64,000 nucleotides of DNA from Gemmatimonadota bacterium (GCA_039588275.1 JBDHAC010000010.1:1-64000), one strand, 5' to 3'; counted from the stretch's first letter, positions 27,201 through 35,515 are shown. The notes: generated by a model not told the origin, from the letters alone. Made by a program: numbers and translations.

Positions 27201-28558
27201 GACTGCCGGGCGCAGGTATGGTAGTGGCCAGCACTCATCTCGTCGTACGGGCCGCCCTGCACCGGTGCTGGTGCCGGCTGGTTGGCTGTGCCGCCGCTTC
27301 CGAGTTGCCCGTGCGCCCCCCTGCCCCAGCAGTCGACCGTCCCGTTCGACCGCCGGCCGCAGCTGTGGTGGACGCCCAGCGCGATCTCGGCGTAGGGACC
27401 GCCCTGCACCTGGACCGGAGTCACCGAGCTGGTGAGAGATCCGTCACCAAGCTGGCCGTAGGTGTTGTCCCCCCAACAGAAGGCGTTACCATTTACCAGC
27501 GCGCAGGTGTGTGAGTATCCGGCCGACACGCCCACCGCCTTGGCGCTGAACCCCTCGATCGGAGCCGTCACGGTCACCGCGTCGAAGTCGATCACGGTCG
27601 GGAGCTCGATCCACTGCCCGTTCTCCTCCGTGTAGATCGCCAGCCGCGTCTCGTCCGCATCCGGCGGGATCGCCAGTTCGTCGAAGCTCAGTGTCAGATC
27701 CACCGGCTCGTGGAACGTCGTCCCGTCGGGCCCGAACTCGTACACGCTACCCTGCAGCGCCGAGACCTCGGCCGGGATCCCGCTCAGATCGGTCACGGGC
27801 TCGACCGTGATCCCCACCTCTCCCGAGACCGCCCCGGCAGGCACGTCCAGCACCACGTCTCCATCCTCCGCCGTGATCGTCACGGGATCGCTTCCGACCA
27901 CGAACACCGCCCCCTCCTCGATCCGGAACTTGATCGGGAGCGTGCGGCCATCCGTGAGCGGGATGTACTGGCCCGTGTCGACGTTCTTGAGCTCCTTCCC
28001 GCTGTTCACCGCGTCTACATCCGCATGGCCCAAGGCCGTCCCTGCCACGCTCACGTTGATCCGGTATTTCTTCTGATCGTCCAGCGTGAACTCGTCGGTG
28101 TGCCAATTCACGATGTAGTGCTCGTTCGCCGGTTCCACTCGGACTGTCTCCGAGCCGGGGCCCGTGTTCATCGTGAACACCGCGGGCTGCGGCTGCAGGT
28201 CGAGACAAGCGATCGCCTTAGGCCCCTCAGGTGGCTCCGGGTCCTCGAACACCAGCTCGCACACCTCGACCTGGGGCGAGAGCGACCCGTCGAAGACGCC
28301 GCTCACCGTCGGGTCCGGGACCATCGGGGGCAGGAAATAGAAGTGCTCGATGGCGAGGCTGTGGGCTGCATCGGCGATCTCTGCCGACGGCCCGGGTGCG
28401 GCCCCGGGTGGCCCTCCGAAGCGCCCCGAATCGGGGCCGAGAACCGCCTGGTCCCGACACGCCGATGCGGTGATCGCCAGGCACAGTGCGAGAAGCGGCG
28501 TGATCGAGGGGTGGTTCCGGTCGTGTTTGCCGGTCGAGCGTGAGCGTGCGTACGACAT
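24275..28558 (-). CDS. Large surface lipoprotein 1: conserved N-terminal domain, ZU5-like domain, 7-blade RCC1 propeller, YVTN propeller, TSP3-like Ca-binding repeat, second RCC1 propeller
   Basis: Lipobox ITASAC; repeats of GxxHTC..G.VECWG.G..GQLG.G; AYVTNSADGTVSVI; DGDGDFIPDADDNCPVDANENQADADEDGVGDPCD; SD AGGAGG. Confidence 0.88.
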   Translation of the reverse strand: MSYARSRSTGKHDRNHPSITPLLALCLAITASACRDQAVLGPDSGRFGGPPGAAPGPSAEIADAAHSLAIEHFYFLPPMVPDPTVSGVFDGSLSPQVEVCELVFEDPEPPEGPKAIACLDLQPQPAVFTMNTGPGSETVRVEPANEHYIVNWHTDEFTLDDQKKYRINVSVAGTALGHADVDAVNSGKELKNVDTGQYIPLTDGRTLPIKFRIEEGAVFVVGSDPVTITAEDGDVVLDVPAGAVSGEVGITVEPVTDLSGIPAEVSALQGSVYEFGPDGTTFHEPVDLTLSFDELAIPPDADETRLAIYTEENGQWIELPTVIDFDAVTVTAPIEGFSAKAVGVSAGYSHTCALVNGNAFCWGDNTYGQLGDGSLTSSVTPVQVQGGPYAEIALGVHHSCGRRSNGTVDCWGRGAHGQLGSGGTANQPAPAPVQGGPYDEMSAGHYHTCARQSSGTVECWGYGRPGQLGDGSTLNQLAPVQVQGGPYAEIALGAHHTCARRSGGGVECWGHGQQGQRGDGSTTTQQPTPVQVQGGVYVEIALGSYHTCARQSSGTVECWGYGRFGQRGDGSTTNVQATPVQVQGGAYDEISAGHYHSCARQSSGTVECWGYGGYGQLGNGSGVNQPTPVQVQGGPYDAIDAGLYTTCGVTPTGVTECWGANWAGQAGTGSAGRSVTSPSPVQGLPTVASGPPAYVTNSADGTVSVIRTGTHQVDGLPIAVGNNPYDIDITPDGSLALVLNRADNTVSVIDLATNQEESTRIPLGFATACDGTPGPANGNAITISPDGTRAFVAMATAYRMGHPDNFCTDRSAVAVIDIPSRAVIGGAQWTGRSPRDVTFSPDGVYAFVSHIATNGNGIEVLNARAIVPLGRILAGQPGALAMVDDGVRRGYQANVAAGCGMSEFGIWPSLAVGATVSGLGIHCDTQDLTASSDGSTLYASMRGVTASTPGQLGGALSVISTSTNSETARVLLDDGVTDSEPRGLAVTPDGAFAYLTLEALGEVAAVDLSTNTVAQTIGVGAAPRSIAIPGDGSTPPSPGPDGDGDFIPDADDNCPVDANENQADADEDGVGDPCDITFTQVEAGATFACGLDPFGAAHCWGINTRGELGDNSGVTSRSTPGPVSGGHTFTTLAAGDAHMCGITTNGDAYCWGNNSHGQLGDNTTTQRPTPVLVASGLKWNVLDATFETTCGVTDTGAGYCWGNNGWGNLGDGTFTDRLMPTPVGGGLTFIDITTGDNHSCGVTDTNLAYCWGFGGRVGNGSTSGSYTSPVQVSGGTTFSTIDAASTHTCALATNDDAYCWGRNPNGEIGDGTTSERFVPTLVSGGLSWQSVEAGKGVGHNCGITTTGQTYCWGRNHRGQLGDLTTVNQPQPVQVQGGLSFQAVSPGNWFSCGLTATWEGFCWGANGQGQLGDGTTTNSPSPARVQDP

Positions 28559-28583
28559 GTCGCCTCCTGGGCACCGGGTATCG

Positions 28584-28655
28584 CCCGGGACACGGCCCTC
28601 CTAACTTCCGACCCGGTTAGGGCAGCACGGAAGAAACGAGGACCGTGTCCGCGGG
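28584..28655 (-). ncRNA. Candidate structured 5'-UTR element (long hairpin) of RCC1 lipoprotein 1
   Basis: GGACACGGUCCUC/GAGGGCCGUGUCC, CUUCCG/CGGAAG and GCCC/GGGU stems; conserved with a compensatory change in the copy at 35380-35453. Confidence 0.5.
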
Positions 28656-28675
28656 CTCATTGCTGCAACCGTCGC

Positions 28676-28717
28676 AGGCTAGCCCGGGGCCGTGAACTCG
28701 CTGTGAGATGGCCGTGA
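28676..28717 (-). promoter_or_regulatory. SARP-type promoter: three TCAC repeats at 11-bp spacing plus -10 TAGCCT
   Basis: GTGA on + at 28692, 28703 and 28714; AGGCTA at 28676-28681; 10 nt between the proximal repeat and the -10 box. Confidence 0.7.
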
Positions 28718-28757
28718 TGTGCCCCGTAGTAGGTTGACTCACCCCTAGAACAGAACC

Positions 28758-31355
28758 GTGATACGGCTGTACATCCTGGGTTCTACCTCTTGCCGCACAG
28801 CGACGGGTGAGGACCTGGAGACCGTTCTCCGCTCTCCCAAGCGCCTGGCACTCCTCACATATCTCGCTGTCGCTCGACCCCCGGGCTTTCATCGCCGCGA
28901 CACCCTGCTCGGCCTTCTGTGGCCGGAGTCCGACCAGGAGCGGGCCCGCGCCGCCCTCCGACAGCTACTTCGTACGCTGCGCCAGGATCTGGGCGACGTC
29001 GTTCTGAGTCGGGGAGCGGGCGAGTTGGGCCTGGACTGGGATCGCTTCTGGTGTGACGCGGCGGCGTTCGAGGAAGCCCTGGATGAGCGTCGAGTGGGCG
29101 AGGCCGCTGAGCTCTATCGGGGCGAACTCCTGGCCGGCCTTCAGCTAGCCGAAGCGCCCGAGTTTCAGCGCTGGTTGGGCGAAGAGCGCACTCGCTTGCG
29201 ACGGCGCGGAGGCGAGGCCACTTGGAAGCTCGCCGAGACGACCGAAGACCCGGACTTGGCCGTCAGGGCGGCGCGGCGCGCGGCGAGCTACACGCCACAG
29301 AGCGAGTCCGCCGCCCGGCGCCTGATGGCGTTTCTGGATGACCATGGCGACCGGGTCGGAGCGCTGCGAGAGTTCGAGCGATTCAGTGCGCGGGCCCGCG
29401 CCGACCTCGACATAGAGCCCGGCCCTGAGACACGCGCGCTGGCCGCGGAGATTAGGGGCAGGGTGAAGGAGGCGGACAGAATACACGACGCTGCCGCAGG
29501 GAGCGGCGAAGAGCCTGCGGAGCCCCGAGCGGAAGCGTCGAAGGGTCGCGCCGAAACCTCCGACTCCCCCGAGAACCGACGGAAGTTGCGCGAGGGCATT
29601 AGAATCGGCGTCGGAGCCACACTCCTGATCGGCCTCATGCTCGGCCTGATTCTACTGGGGATCCGGGAGCCAGAGGGCGTCCGGTTTCGGAGCGTGAGCC
29701 GACTCACGTACGAGGAGGGCCTCGAGATCGACCCCGTGCTCTCTCCGGACGGGGATCGAATTGCCTACTCCGCGGGATCCCCGTTCAGGATGGACATCCA
29801 CGTGCGGCGTCTTTCGGGTGGGCGGCGGGTATCGCTCACGGCGGACCTCCCTGGAACACACCAATTCCCGGACTGGGCTCCGGACGGCGAGCAGATCGCG
29901 TTCGTGACCTTCGACGAGACGGCGGCTTCCACTCTCCAGCTCGTTCCGGCCCTGGGAGGAGAGGTGCGATCGCTGTACCACTCCGCCGACTCACAGTTGC
30001 CACTGCAACATCCGACGTGGTCGCCCGACGGCACCCGCATCGCGTTCGCGGTCGAGCGGAGCATCCTCACGGTGGAGCCTGAAAGCGGCACGACCGCGTT
30101 GCTCGCCGCGGGAATCTGGCTTCCGCATTCGCTCGCGTGGTCTCCAGCGGGAGATCGAATCGCCTTCGTTTCCGAGAACCCCGGCTATTCGGGCGCGTTC
30201 GGAATCGGCAACATCGCGCCGAGCGCCATCTGGGTCGCGTCGGTGGACGGAGGCGAGGTCACCCAGGTGATCTCCAGGACCGGGGTCAATCAGAGCCCGG
30301 TGTGGTCACCCGATGGCCGCCGGCTGATGTTTGTCTCCGACCGAGACGGCGCCCGGGATATCTACTCCGTCGAGCTCGACCCCGACTCGAAGCCGCTCGG
30401 CTCCCCCACCCGTCTCAGCGCAGGGCTCGACCTACTCACGTTCGCCCTGGCGCCGGATGGCTCGCGGCTGGTGTACTCGCGACCCCGAATAACGGCCAAC
30501 ATCCGATTCATCGACCTCGCCCGCGACTCTCCCGTGTCGTTCTCGGCTGGGCAGCGCCTGACCTCGGGGTACCAGAGCATCGAGACCTTGAGACTGTCGC
30601 CCGATGGCCGTTGGATCGCCTACGACTCGAACGCCAGCGGAAACCAGGACATCTACAGGATTCCGGTGGGAGGTGGCGAGCCCATTCGTCTCACCCGCGA
30701 TCCAGCGGACGACTTCGCGCCGGTCTGGTCACCCGACGGACGTGAGATCGCCTACTACTCGTTTCGCGGGGGGGACAGGGATCTGTATATGATGGATTCC
30801 GATGGGCGCCGCCACGAGCAACTCACCTCGGGTGACGCATCGGACTCGTTCTCGGACTGGTCTCCCGACGGCCGCTCGCTGGTGTTTCAGCACAATCCCG
30901 CCGGGTCGACGATAGACATGCCCGTGCTCCATCAGCTCACCCGTGAGGGACTGGGGCACCCCTGGAGTCGTTCTGGATCGCTGACGGATGAGTGGAGCGT
31001 GGTCCCGCGGTGGTCACCCGACGGCCTGTCGATCGCATACGCCGGCCCGCAGCGCGTTGCCATCCTGTCCTTGGCCAGCGGGGAGCGGCGCACGGTGCTC
31101 GAGGGGGTGCAGCGGTCCGGACCGGTCATATGGTCTCCCGACGGCCGGGAGCTGTACGTGTACAAGCGCCAGGGCTCGGACTCGGGGCTGTGGGCGATCC
31201 CCATCGGGGGTGGCGACTCGAGGCTGCTCATCCCCGAAACAGAACCTCCGATCTCGGGCCCCTGGTTCGACGGGGACGGCACCCGCTTCTACTTCACGCG
31301 CCGCGAGGTGGAGGAGGCCGATGTTTGGGTGGCCGAGCTCGAGGGGCAGCCCTAG
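28758..31355 (+). CDS. Membrane-spanning SARP/BTAD transcriptional regulator with C-terminal PD40/TolB-like beta-propeller (copy 1)
   Basis: IRLYILG..SPKRLALLTYLA..HRRDTLLGLLWPESDQERARAALRQ (wHTH); CDAAAFE..LYRGELL..EFQRWL..ESAARRLM (BTAD); TM GVGATLLIGLMLGLILLGI; many P.WSPDG repeats. Confidence 0.9.
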   Translation: MIRLYILGSTSCRTATGEDLETVLRSPKRLALLTYLAVARPPGFHRRDTLLGLLWPESDQERARAALRQLLRTLRQDLGDVVLSRGAGELGLDWDRFWCDAAAFEEALDERRVGEAAELYRGELLAGLQLAEAPEFQRWLGEERTRLRRRGGEATWKLAETTEDPDLAVRAARRAASYTPQSESAARRLMAFLDDHGDRVGALREFERFSARARADLDIEPGPETRALAAEIRGRVKEADRIHDAAAGSGEEPAEPRAEASKGRAETSDSPENRRKLREGIRIGVGATLLIGLMLGLILLGIREPEGVRFRSVSRLTYEEGLEIDPVLSPDGDRIAYSAGSPFRMDIHVRRLSGGRRVSLTADLPGTHQFPDWAPDGEQIAFVTFDETAASTLQLVPALGGEVRSLYHSADSQLPLQHPTWSPDGTRIAFAVERSILTVEPESGTTALLAAGIWLPHSLAWSPAGDRIAFVSENPGYSGAFGIGNIAPSAIWVASVDGGEVTQVISRTGVNQSPVWSPDGRRLMFVSDRDGARDIYSVELDPDSKPLGSPTRLSAGLDLLTFALAPDGSRLVYSRPRITANIRFIDLARDSPVSFSAGQRLTSGYQSIETLRLSPDGRWIAYDSNASGNQDIYRIPVGGGEPIRLTRDPADDFAPVWSPDGREIAYYSFRGGDRDLYMMDSDGRRHEQLTSGDASDSFSDWSPDGRSLVFQHNPAGSTIDMPVLHQLTREGLGHPWSRSGSLTDEWSVVPRWSPDGLSIAYAGPQRVAILSLASGERRTVLEGVQRSGPVIWSPDGRELYVYKRQGSDSGLWAIPIGGGDSRLLIPETEPPISGPWFDGDGTRFYFTRREVEEADVWVAELEGQP

Positions 31356-31425
31356 GACGCCGCGCCCAGAGCCATCGAGGCGCCCTCCCTTGGCATGGGA
31401 CCACGCTCTCGCGAGGTCCGGCTGT

Positions 31426-31453
31426 GAAGAGGGCGGCCGATTGGCCGCCCTCT
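31426..31453. terminator. Hairpin between convergent regulator 1 and RCC1 lipoprotein 2
   Basis: GAAGAGGGCGGCCGATTGGCCGCCCTCT, identical to 24172-24199. Confidence 0.7.
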
Positions 31454-31487
31454 CCTGTTGAGGAGATCCAAGGATCCCTGTCGTAGA

Positions 31488-34400
31488 TCATCGGGCCGCT
31501 CGGGCCGCCACCTCCGAAGCAGTCAGGGCGCGGTTCCAGATTGCGACTTCATCGATGTCGCCCTTCCAGCTCAGTCGGCAACCTGCGGACTCTTCGTAGG
31601 CGCCTATATAGAGGTCGTTGTCCGTTGCCAGGTTATAGCGGATCGGCTGCGTGTGCGGCGTGCCGGTGCCTACCTCGACACCATCCACGTACAAGCGCAG
31701 GTTCAGTTCGTCATAGGTTCCCACGATGTGGTGCCACTGGCCGTCGTAGATTCCGGTGCTCGCATCCGCCCCCTCAGACAACCTGGTCGTCGTGTTATCC
31801 GGGATGTCTCTGGCGACCAGGAAGTGCATCCTCCCGGAGGAGGTGACGAAGCCGTACCCGGCGTGAGCGCACGCCCTGATCCCTTTGCGGAGCGGGTAGG
31901 AGAAGTCGCCAGGGTACGCGGCCATCCGCATCCAGGCTTCGACGCTGATCTGCGTCGGCTCGAGCGAGGGATCGTTCGGAACGAGGACGTACTCCGACCG
32001 AGAGGAGCCCAACGGAGTCGAGCCATCGCGATCGATCTGCAACGCGCCGCCGAACCGACCGGGGATCCACGTCGGATCGTTGATGTCGGCCCCCGTCGTC
32101 GAACCGAGCTGACCGTCCAGCCCCGCGACGAGTTCGGCCGCGACCTGTCCGGCCCCGTCGTCGAGCGTCCACAGCGCGGCCATGTCCGGGTCGACGGGCG
32201 TCGAGCCTACCAGGACCGGCTCGTTGCGGTCGACCATCGTGCCGTCGGCGAGCTGGCCGCTGGAGTTGAAGCCCCAGCACATCGTCTCGCCGTCGTCTCG
32301 AATCGCGCAGGTGTGCGACCCTCCAGCGCTGATCGACTCGAAGAGGTGCCCGCCTTCGACCATGACCGGCGTCCCACTCTGGCTATTCGTACCATCTCCG
32401 AGCTGACCGGCATTGTTGAGGCCCGTGCACCAGGCCTCCCCCGCGAACGTGACCGCGCAGCTGTGCGCGAGTCCGGTGCTGATCGATTTCAGCCCCGAGA
32501 GCGAGCCCGAGATCCCCGAGCGACCGTTGCCTCCGGAGCCCCAGCAGTACGGGCCGTCGTCCGTCGTGATCCCGCACGTGTGCGAGTTCGCCGCCTCCAG
32601 GGACACGAACTTCCGCATTCCGGCGACCGTGACGGGGACCGGCTCGGACGTTACTCCGCCTCCGATCGTGGTGTTACCGAGTCGGTTGAAGCTGCCCCCC
32701 GACCCCCAGCAGAACGCCGAGCCGTCACGCGTGATCGCGCACGTATGCCGCTGGGCGGCGCTCACAATCACGTAGGTCTGTGGCCCGTCGACCGAATCGA
32801 CGACCTTCTGTGGGATGTTTCCGTTTGACGTGCCGCCGTCTCCCAGTTGGCCGACGTCGTTCGAGCCCCAGCAATAGACGTCACCGACATCGTTGACGGC
32901 ACAGGCGTGGGTCTCACCCATGCTCACCCCCGTCCAGGTCTGCGGCCCTTCGATCGGATCGCTCGTCGCGACCGGGGTGTTGATGCCCACGTTCCCGCCG
33001 TTTCCGAGCTGACCGACGGTGCCGAATCCCCAGCAGTAGATGTCTCCGCTGGTCGTCAGCGCACAGCTGGACCGTCCGAAACCGCCACCCTGGCCACCGC
33101 CCGAGCTGACCCTGGCCCAGGTCTGCGGTCCCTGTGGCGGATCTTCGATCTTGACCGGAGCGGTCTCAGTAAACGTCATGCCGTTCCCCAGCGGGCCGCT
33201 GCCCCAGCACTCGATGTCGCCGGCCTGCGTGACCTGGCATGTGTGCGACGCGCCCGCGCTGACGGGAGAGGGCAAGAGGGGGGTAATGGGCGGGGTCGGG
33301 TCCGGCAGCCCCTGGACCGGGCTCGGGCTCGTGACGGCGCCGCCCGCGCTGCCGGTGCCGGCCTGGCCGGCCCAGTTACCCCCCCAGCATTCGATGGCGC
33401 CGGCCGGTGTCACGCCGCAGGTCGTCCAGTAACCCGCCGCGATTGCATCGTAGGGTCCACCAAGCACGGCTCCCGGTATCGTCTGATCCGACGTGCTGCC
33501 GTTCCCGAGTTGCCCGTTAGCCCCGTAGCCCCAGCACTCGACCGTCCCGCTCGACTGCCGACCGCATGTGTGGTAGCCCCCCAGCGCGATTTCATCATAC
33601 GGCCCCCCCTGGACCTGTACCGGTATCGATTGTTTGTTTGTCGTCGTGCCGTCCCCGCGCTGCCCGAAGTTTCCGCGACCCCAGCACTCGACCGTCCCGC
33701 TCGACTGCCGGCCGCACGCATGATCGAAGCCGATGCTGATCTCGTCGTACGGGCCACCCTGGACCTGTACCGGTGTCGATTGGCGAAGTGTCGTCGTGCC
33801 GTCCCCGCGCTGCCCGTTAGCCCCCCACCCCCAGCACTCGACCATCCCGCTCGACTGCCGGCCGCACGTGGTCGAGCCGCCGGCCCGGATCTCATCGAAC
33901 GGGCCGCCCTGGACCTGCACCGGTGTCGGTTGCCGACGTGTCGTCGTGCCGTTCCCAAGCTGCCCGTTAGCCCCGGATCCCCAGCACTCGACGGTACCAC
34001 TCGACTTCCGCCCGCAGGTGTGGAAAAAACCGGCTGCGATCTCATCGTACGGACCGCCCTGGACCTGCACCGGTGTCGGTTGCCGACGTGTCGTCGTGCC
34101 GTTCCCAAGCTGCCCGTTAGCCCCGGATCCCCAGCACTCGACGGTACCACTCGACTTCCGGGCGCACGTGTGCGACTGGCCGGCGCTGATTTCGTCGTAC
34201 GGGTCGCCCTGCACCTGAACCGGCCTGGCGGAGCTGACGAGGGTTCCATCCCCCAGCTGCCCGGAGCGGTTGTCCCCCCAGCAGAAGGCGTCGCCATTCA
34301 CGAGCGCGCAGGTGTGAGAACCTCCTCCCGTAACGCCCACCGCCTTGGTGCTGAAGCCCTCGATCTGAGCGGTAACGGTGTTCGCGTCGAAGTCGATCAC

Positions 34401-35354
34401 GGTCGGGAGCTCGATCCACTGCCCGTTCTCCTCCGTGTAGATCGCCAGCCGCGTGATGTCCGCGTCCGGCGGAATCTGAGCCTCGTCGAAGCTGAGCGTC
34501 AGGTCCACCGGCTCGTCGAACGTGGTCCCGTCGGGCCCGAACTCGTACACGCTGCCCTGCAGCGCCTGCACCTCCGCTGGGATTCCGCTCAGGTCCGTCA
34601 CCGGGTCGACCGTGATGCCTACCTCCTCGCTCAACGCGCCGGCCGGGACGTCGAGCACCACGTCTCCGTCCTCCGCCGTGATCGTGACGGGATCGCTTCC
34701 GACCACGAACACCGCGCCCTCCTCAATGCGGAACTTGATCGGGAGCGTGCGGCCATCCTTGAGCAGGATGTACTCGTCCGTATCCACGTTCTTCAGCTGG
34801 TTGCCGCCGCTCACTGCATCTACATCAGCGTAGCCCAGCACCGTCCCGGCCACGCTCACGATGATTCGGTATGTCTTCTGATCATCCAGCACGAACTCGT
34901 CGGTGTGCCAGTTCACGACGTAGTGCTCGTTCGCCGGCTCCATCCGGACCGTCTCCGAGCCGGGGCCCGTATCCATCGTGAACAGCGCCGGCTCCGGCCC
35001 GAGGTCCAGGCAGTCGGTCACCTGGGGCGGGTCCGAGGTCTCGAACACCAGCTCGCACACCTCGACCTGAGGCGAAAGCGACCCGTCGAAGGCCCCCTCC
35101 ACCGTCGGGTCCGGGACCATCGGCGGCAGGAAATAGAAGTGCTCGATGGCCAGGCTGTGGGCCGCATCGGCGATCTCCGCCGACGGCCCGGGTGTCGCCA
35201 CGGGAGGTCCTCCAACGAGCCCGGCCCCGGGTCCGAGGACCGCCTGGTCCCGACACGCCGACGCCGTAATCGCTGCGCACAGCGCGATAATCGGCGCGAT
35301 TGAGGGAAGGCTCCGGCGATGCTTGCCGGTCGAGTGTGAGCGCGCGTACGACAT
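31488..35354 (-). CDS. Large surface lipoprotein 2: conserved N-terminal domain, ZU5-like domain, 7-blade RCC1 propeller, second RCC1 propeller, C-terminal LamG/concanavalin-like domain
   Basis: Paralog of 24275..28558 up to VTSPSPVQGLP. C-terminus ALWTLDDGAG..ISVEAW..DGQWHHIVGTYD..LRLYVDG..WKGDIDEVAIWNRALTASEV is LamG-like. Confidence 0.88.
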   Translation of the reverse strand: MSYARSHSTGKHRRSLPSIAPIIALCAAITASACRDQAVLGPGAGLVGGPPVATPGPSAEIADAAHSLAIEHFYFLPPMVPDPTVEGAFDGSLSPQVEVCELVFETSDPPQVTDCLDLGPEPALFTMDTGPGSETVRMEPANEHYVVNWHTDEFVLDDQKTYRIIVSVAGTVLGYADVDAVSGGNQLKNVDTDEYILLKDGRTLPIKFRIEEGAVFVVGSDPVTITAEDGDVVLDVPAGALSEEVGITVDPVTDLSGIPAEVQALQGSVYEFGPDGTTFDEPVDLTLSFDEAQIPPDADITRLAIYTEENGQWIELPTVIDFDANTVTAQIEGFSTKAVGVTGGGSHTCALVNGDAFCWGDNRSGQLGDGTLVSSARPVQVQGDPYDEISAGQSHTCARKSSGTVECWGSGANGQLGNGTTTRRQPTPVQVQGGPYDEIAAGFFHTCGRKSSGTVECWGSGANGQLGNGTTTRRQPTPVQVQGGPFDEIRAGGSTTCGRQSSGMVECWGWGANGQRGDGTTTLRQSTPVQVQGGPYDEISIGFDHACGRQSSGTVECWGRGNFGQRGDGTTTNKQSIPVQVQGGPYDEIALGGYHTCGRQSSGTVECWGYGANGQLGNGSTSDQTIPGAVLGGPYDAIAAGYWTTCGVTPAGAIECWGGNWAGQAGTGSAGGAVTSPSPVQGLPDPTPPITPLLPSPVSAGASHTCQVTQAGDIECWGSGPLGNGMTFTETAPVKIEDPPQGPQTWARVSSGGGQGGGFGRSSCALTTSGDIYCWGFGTVGQLGNGGNVGINTPVATSDPIEGPQTWTGVSMGETHACAVNDVGDVYCWGSNDVGQLGDGGTSNGNIPQKVVDSVDGPQTYVIVSAAQRHTCAITRDGSAFCWGSGGSFNRLGNTTIGGGVTSEPVPVTVAGMRKFVSLEAANSHTCGITTDDGPYCWGSGGNGRSGISGSLSGLKSISTGLAHSCAVTFAGEAWCTGLNNAGQLGDGTNSQSGTPVMVEGGHLFESISAGGSHTCAIRDDGETMCWGFNSSGQLADGTMVDRNEPVLVGSTPVDPDMAALWTLDDGAGQVAAELVAGLDGQLGSTTGADINDPTWIPGRFGGALQIDRDGSTPLGSSRSEYVLVPNDPSLEPTQISVEAWMRMAAYPGDFSYPLRKGIRACAHAGYGFVTSSGRMHFLVARDIPDNTTTRLSEGADASTGIYDGQWHHIVGTYDELNLRLYVDGVEVGTGTPHTQPIRYNLATDNDLYIGAYEESAGCRLSWKGDIDEVAIWNRALTASEVAARAAR
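33904..34160. repeat. Exact 107-nt direct repeat (150-nt period) inside the RCC1 blades
   Basis: 33904-34010 reads identical to 34054-34160 (CCGCCCTGGACCTGCAC...TCGACTTCCG). Confidence 0.85.
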
Positions 35355-35379
35355 GTCGCCTCCTGGGTTCCGGGTATCG

Positions 35380-35453
35380 CCCGGGACGCGGCCTTCCTAG
35401 CTTCCCACCCGGAACAGGGCAGCACGGAAGCAAGGAGGACCGCGTTCCACGGG
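35380..35453 (-). ncRNA. Candidate structured 5'-UTR element of RCC1 lipoprotein 2
   Basis: ACGCGGUC/GGCCGCGU, UCCU/AGGA, GCUUCC/GGAAGC and GCCC/GGGU stems; homologous to 28584-28655. Confidence 0.5.
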
Positions 35454-35473
35454 CCAATCGCTGCAACCGTCGC

Positions 35474-35515
35474 AGGCTAACCCGGGCCCGTGACATCGCC
35501 GTGAAACCGGCGTGA
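35474..35515 (-). promoter_or_regulatory. SARP-type promoter: three TCAC repeats at 11-bp spacing plus -10 TAGCCT
   Basis: GTGA on + at 35490, 35501 and 35512; AGGCTA at 35474-35479; same 10-nt gap as copy 1. Confidence 0.7.

Noticed and set aside
26500..34340. RCC1 repeats as a CRISPR array or DGR template/variable repeat
   Set aside because: The repeats are in-frame coding units of about 150 nt with no unique spacers. There is no cas or reverse transcriptase gene in the window and no evident adenine-specific variation.
25265..35303. Long antisense ORFs (25265..27514 and 32847..35303 on +, and similar ones elsewhere)
   Set aside because: Shadow ORFs expected from high GC and codon bias opposite real genes; no protein motifs.
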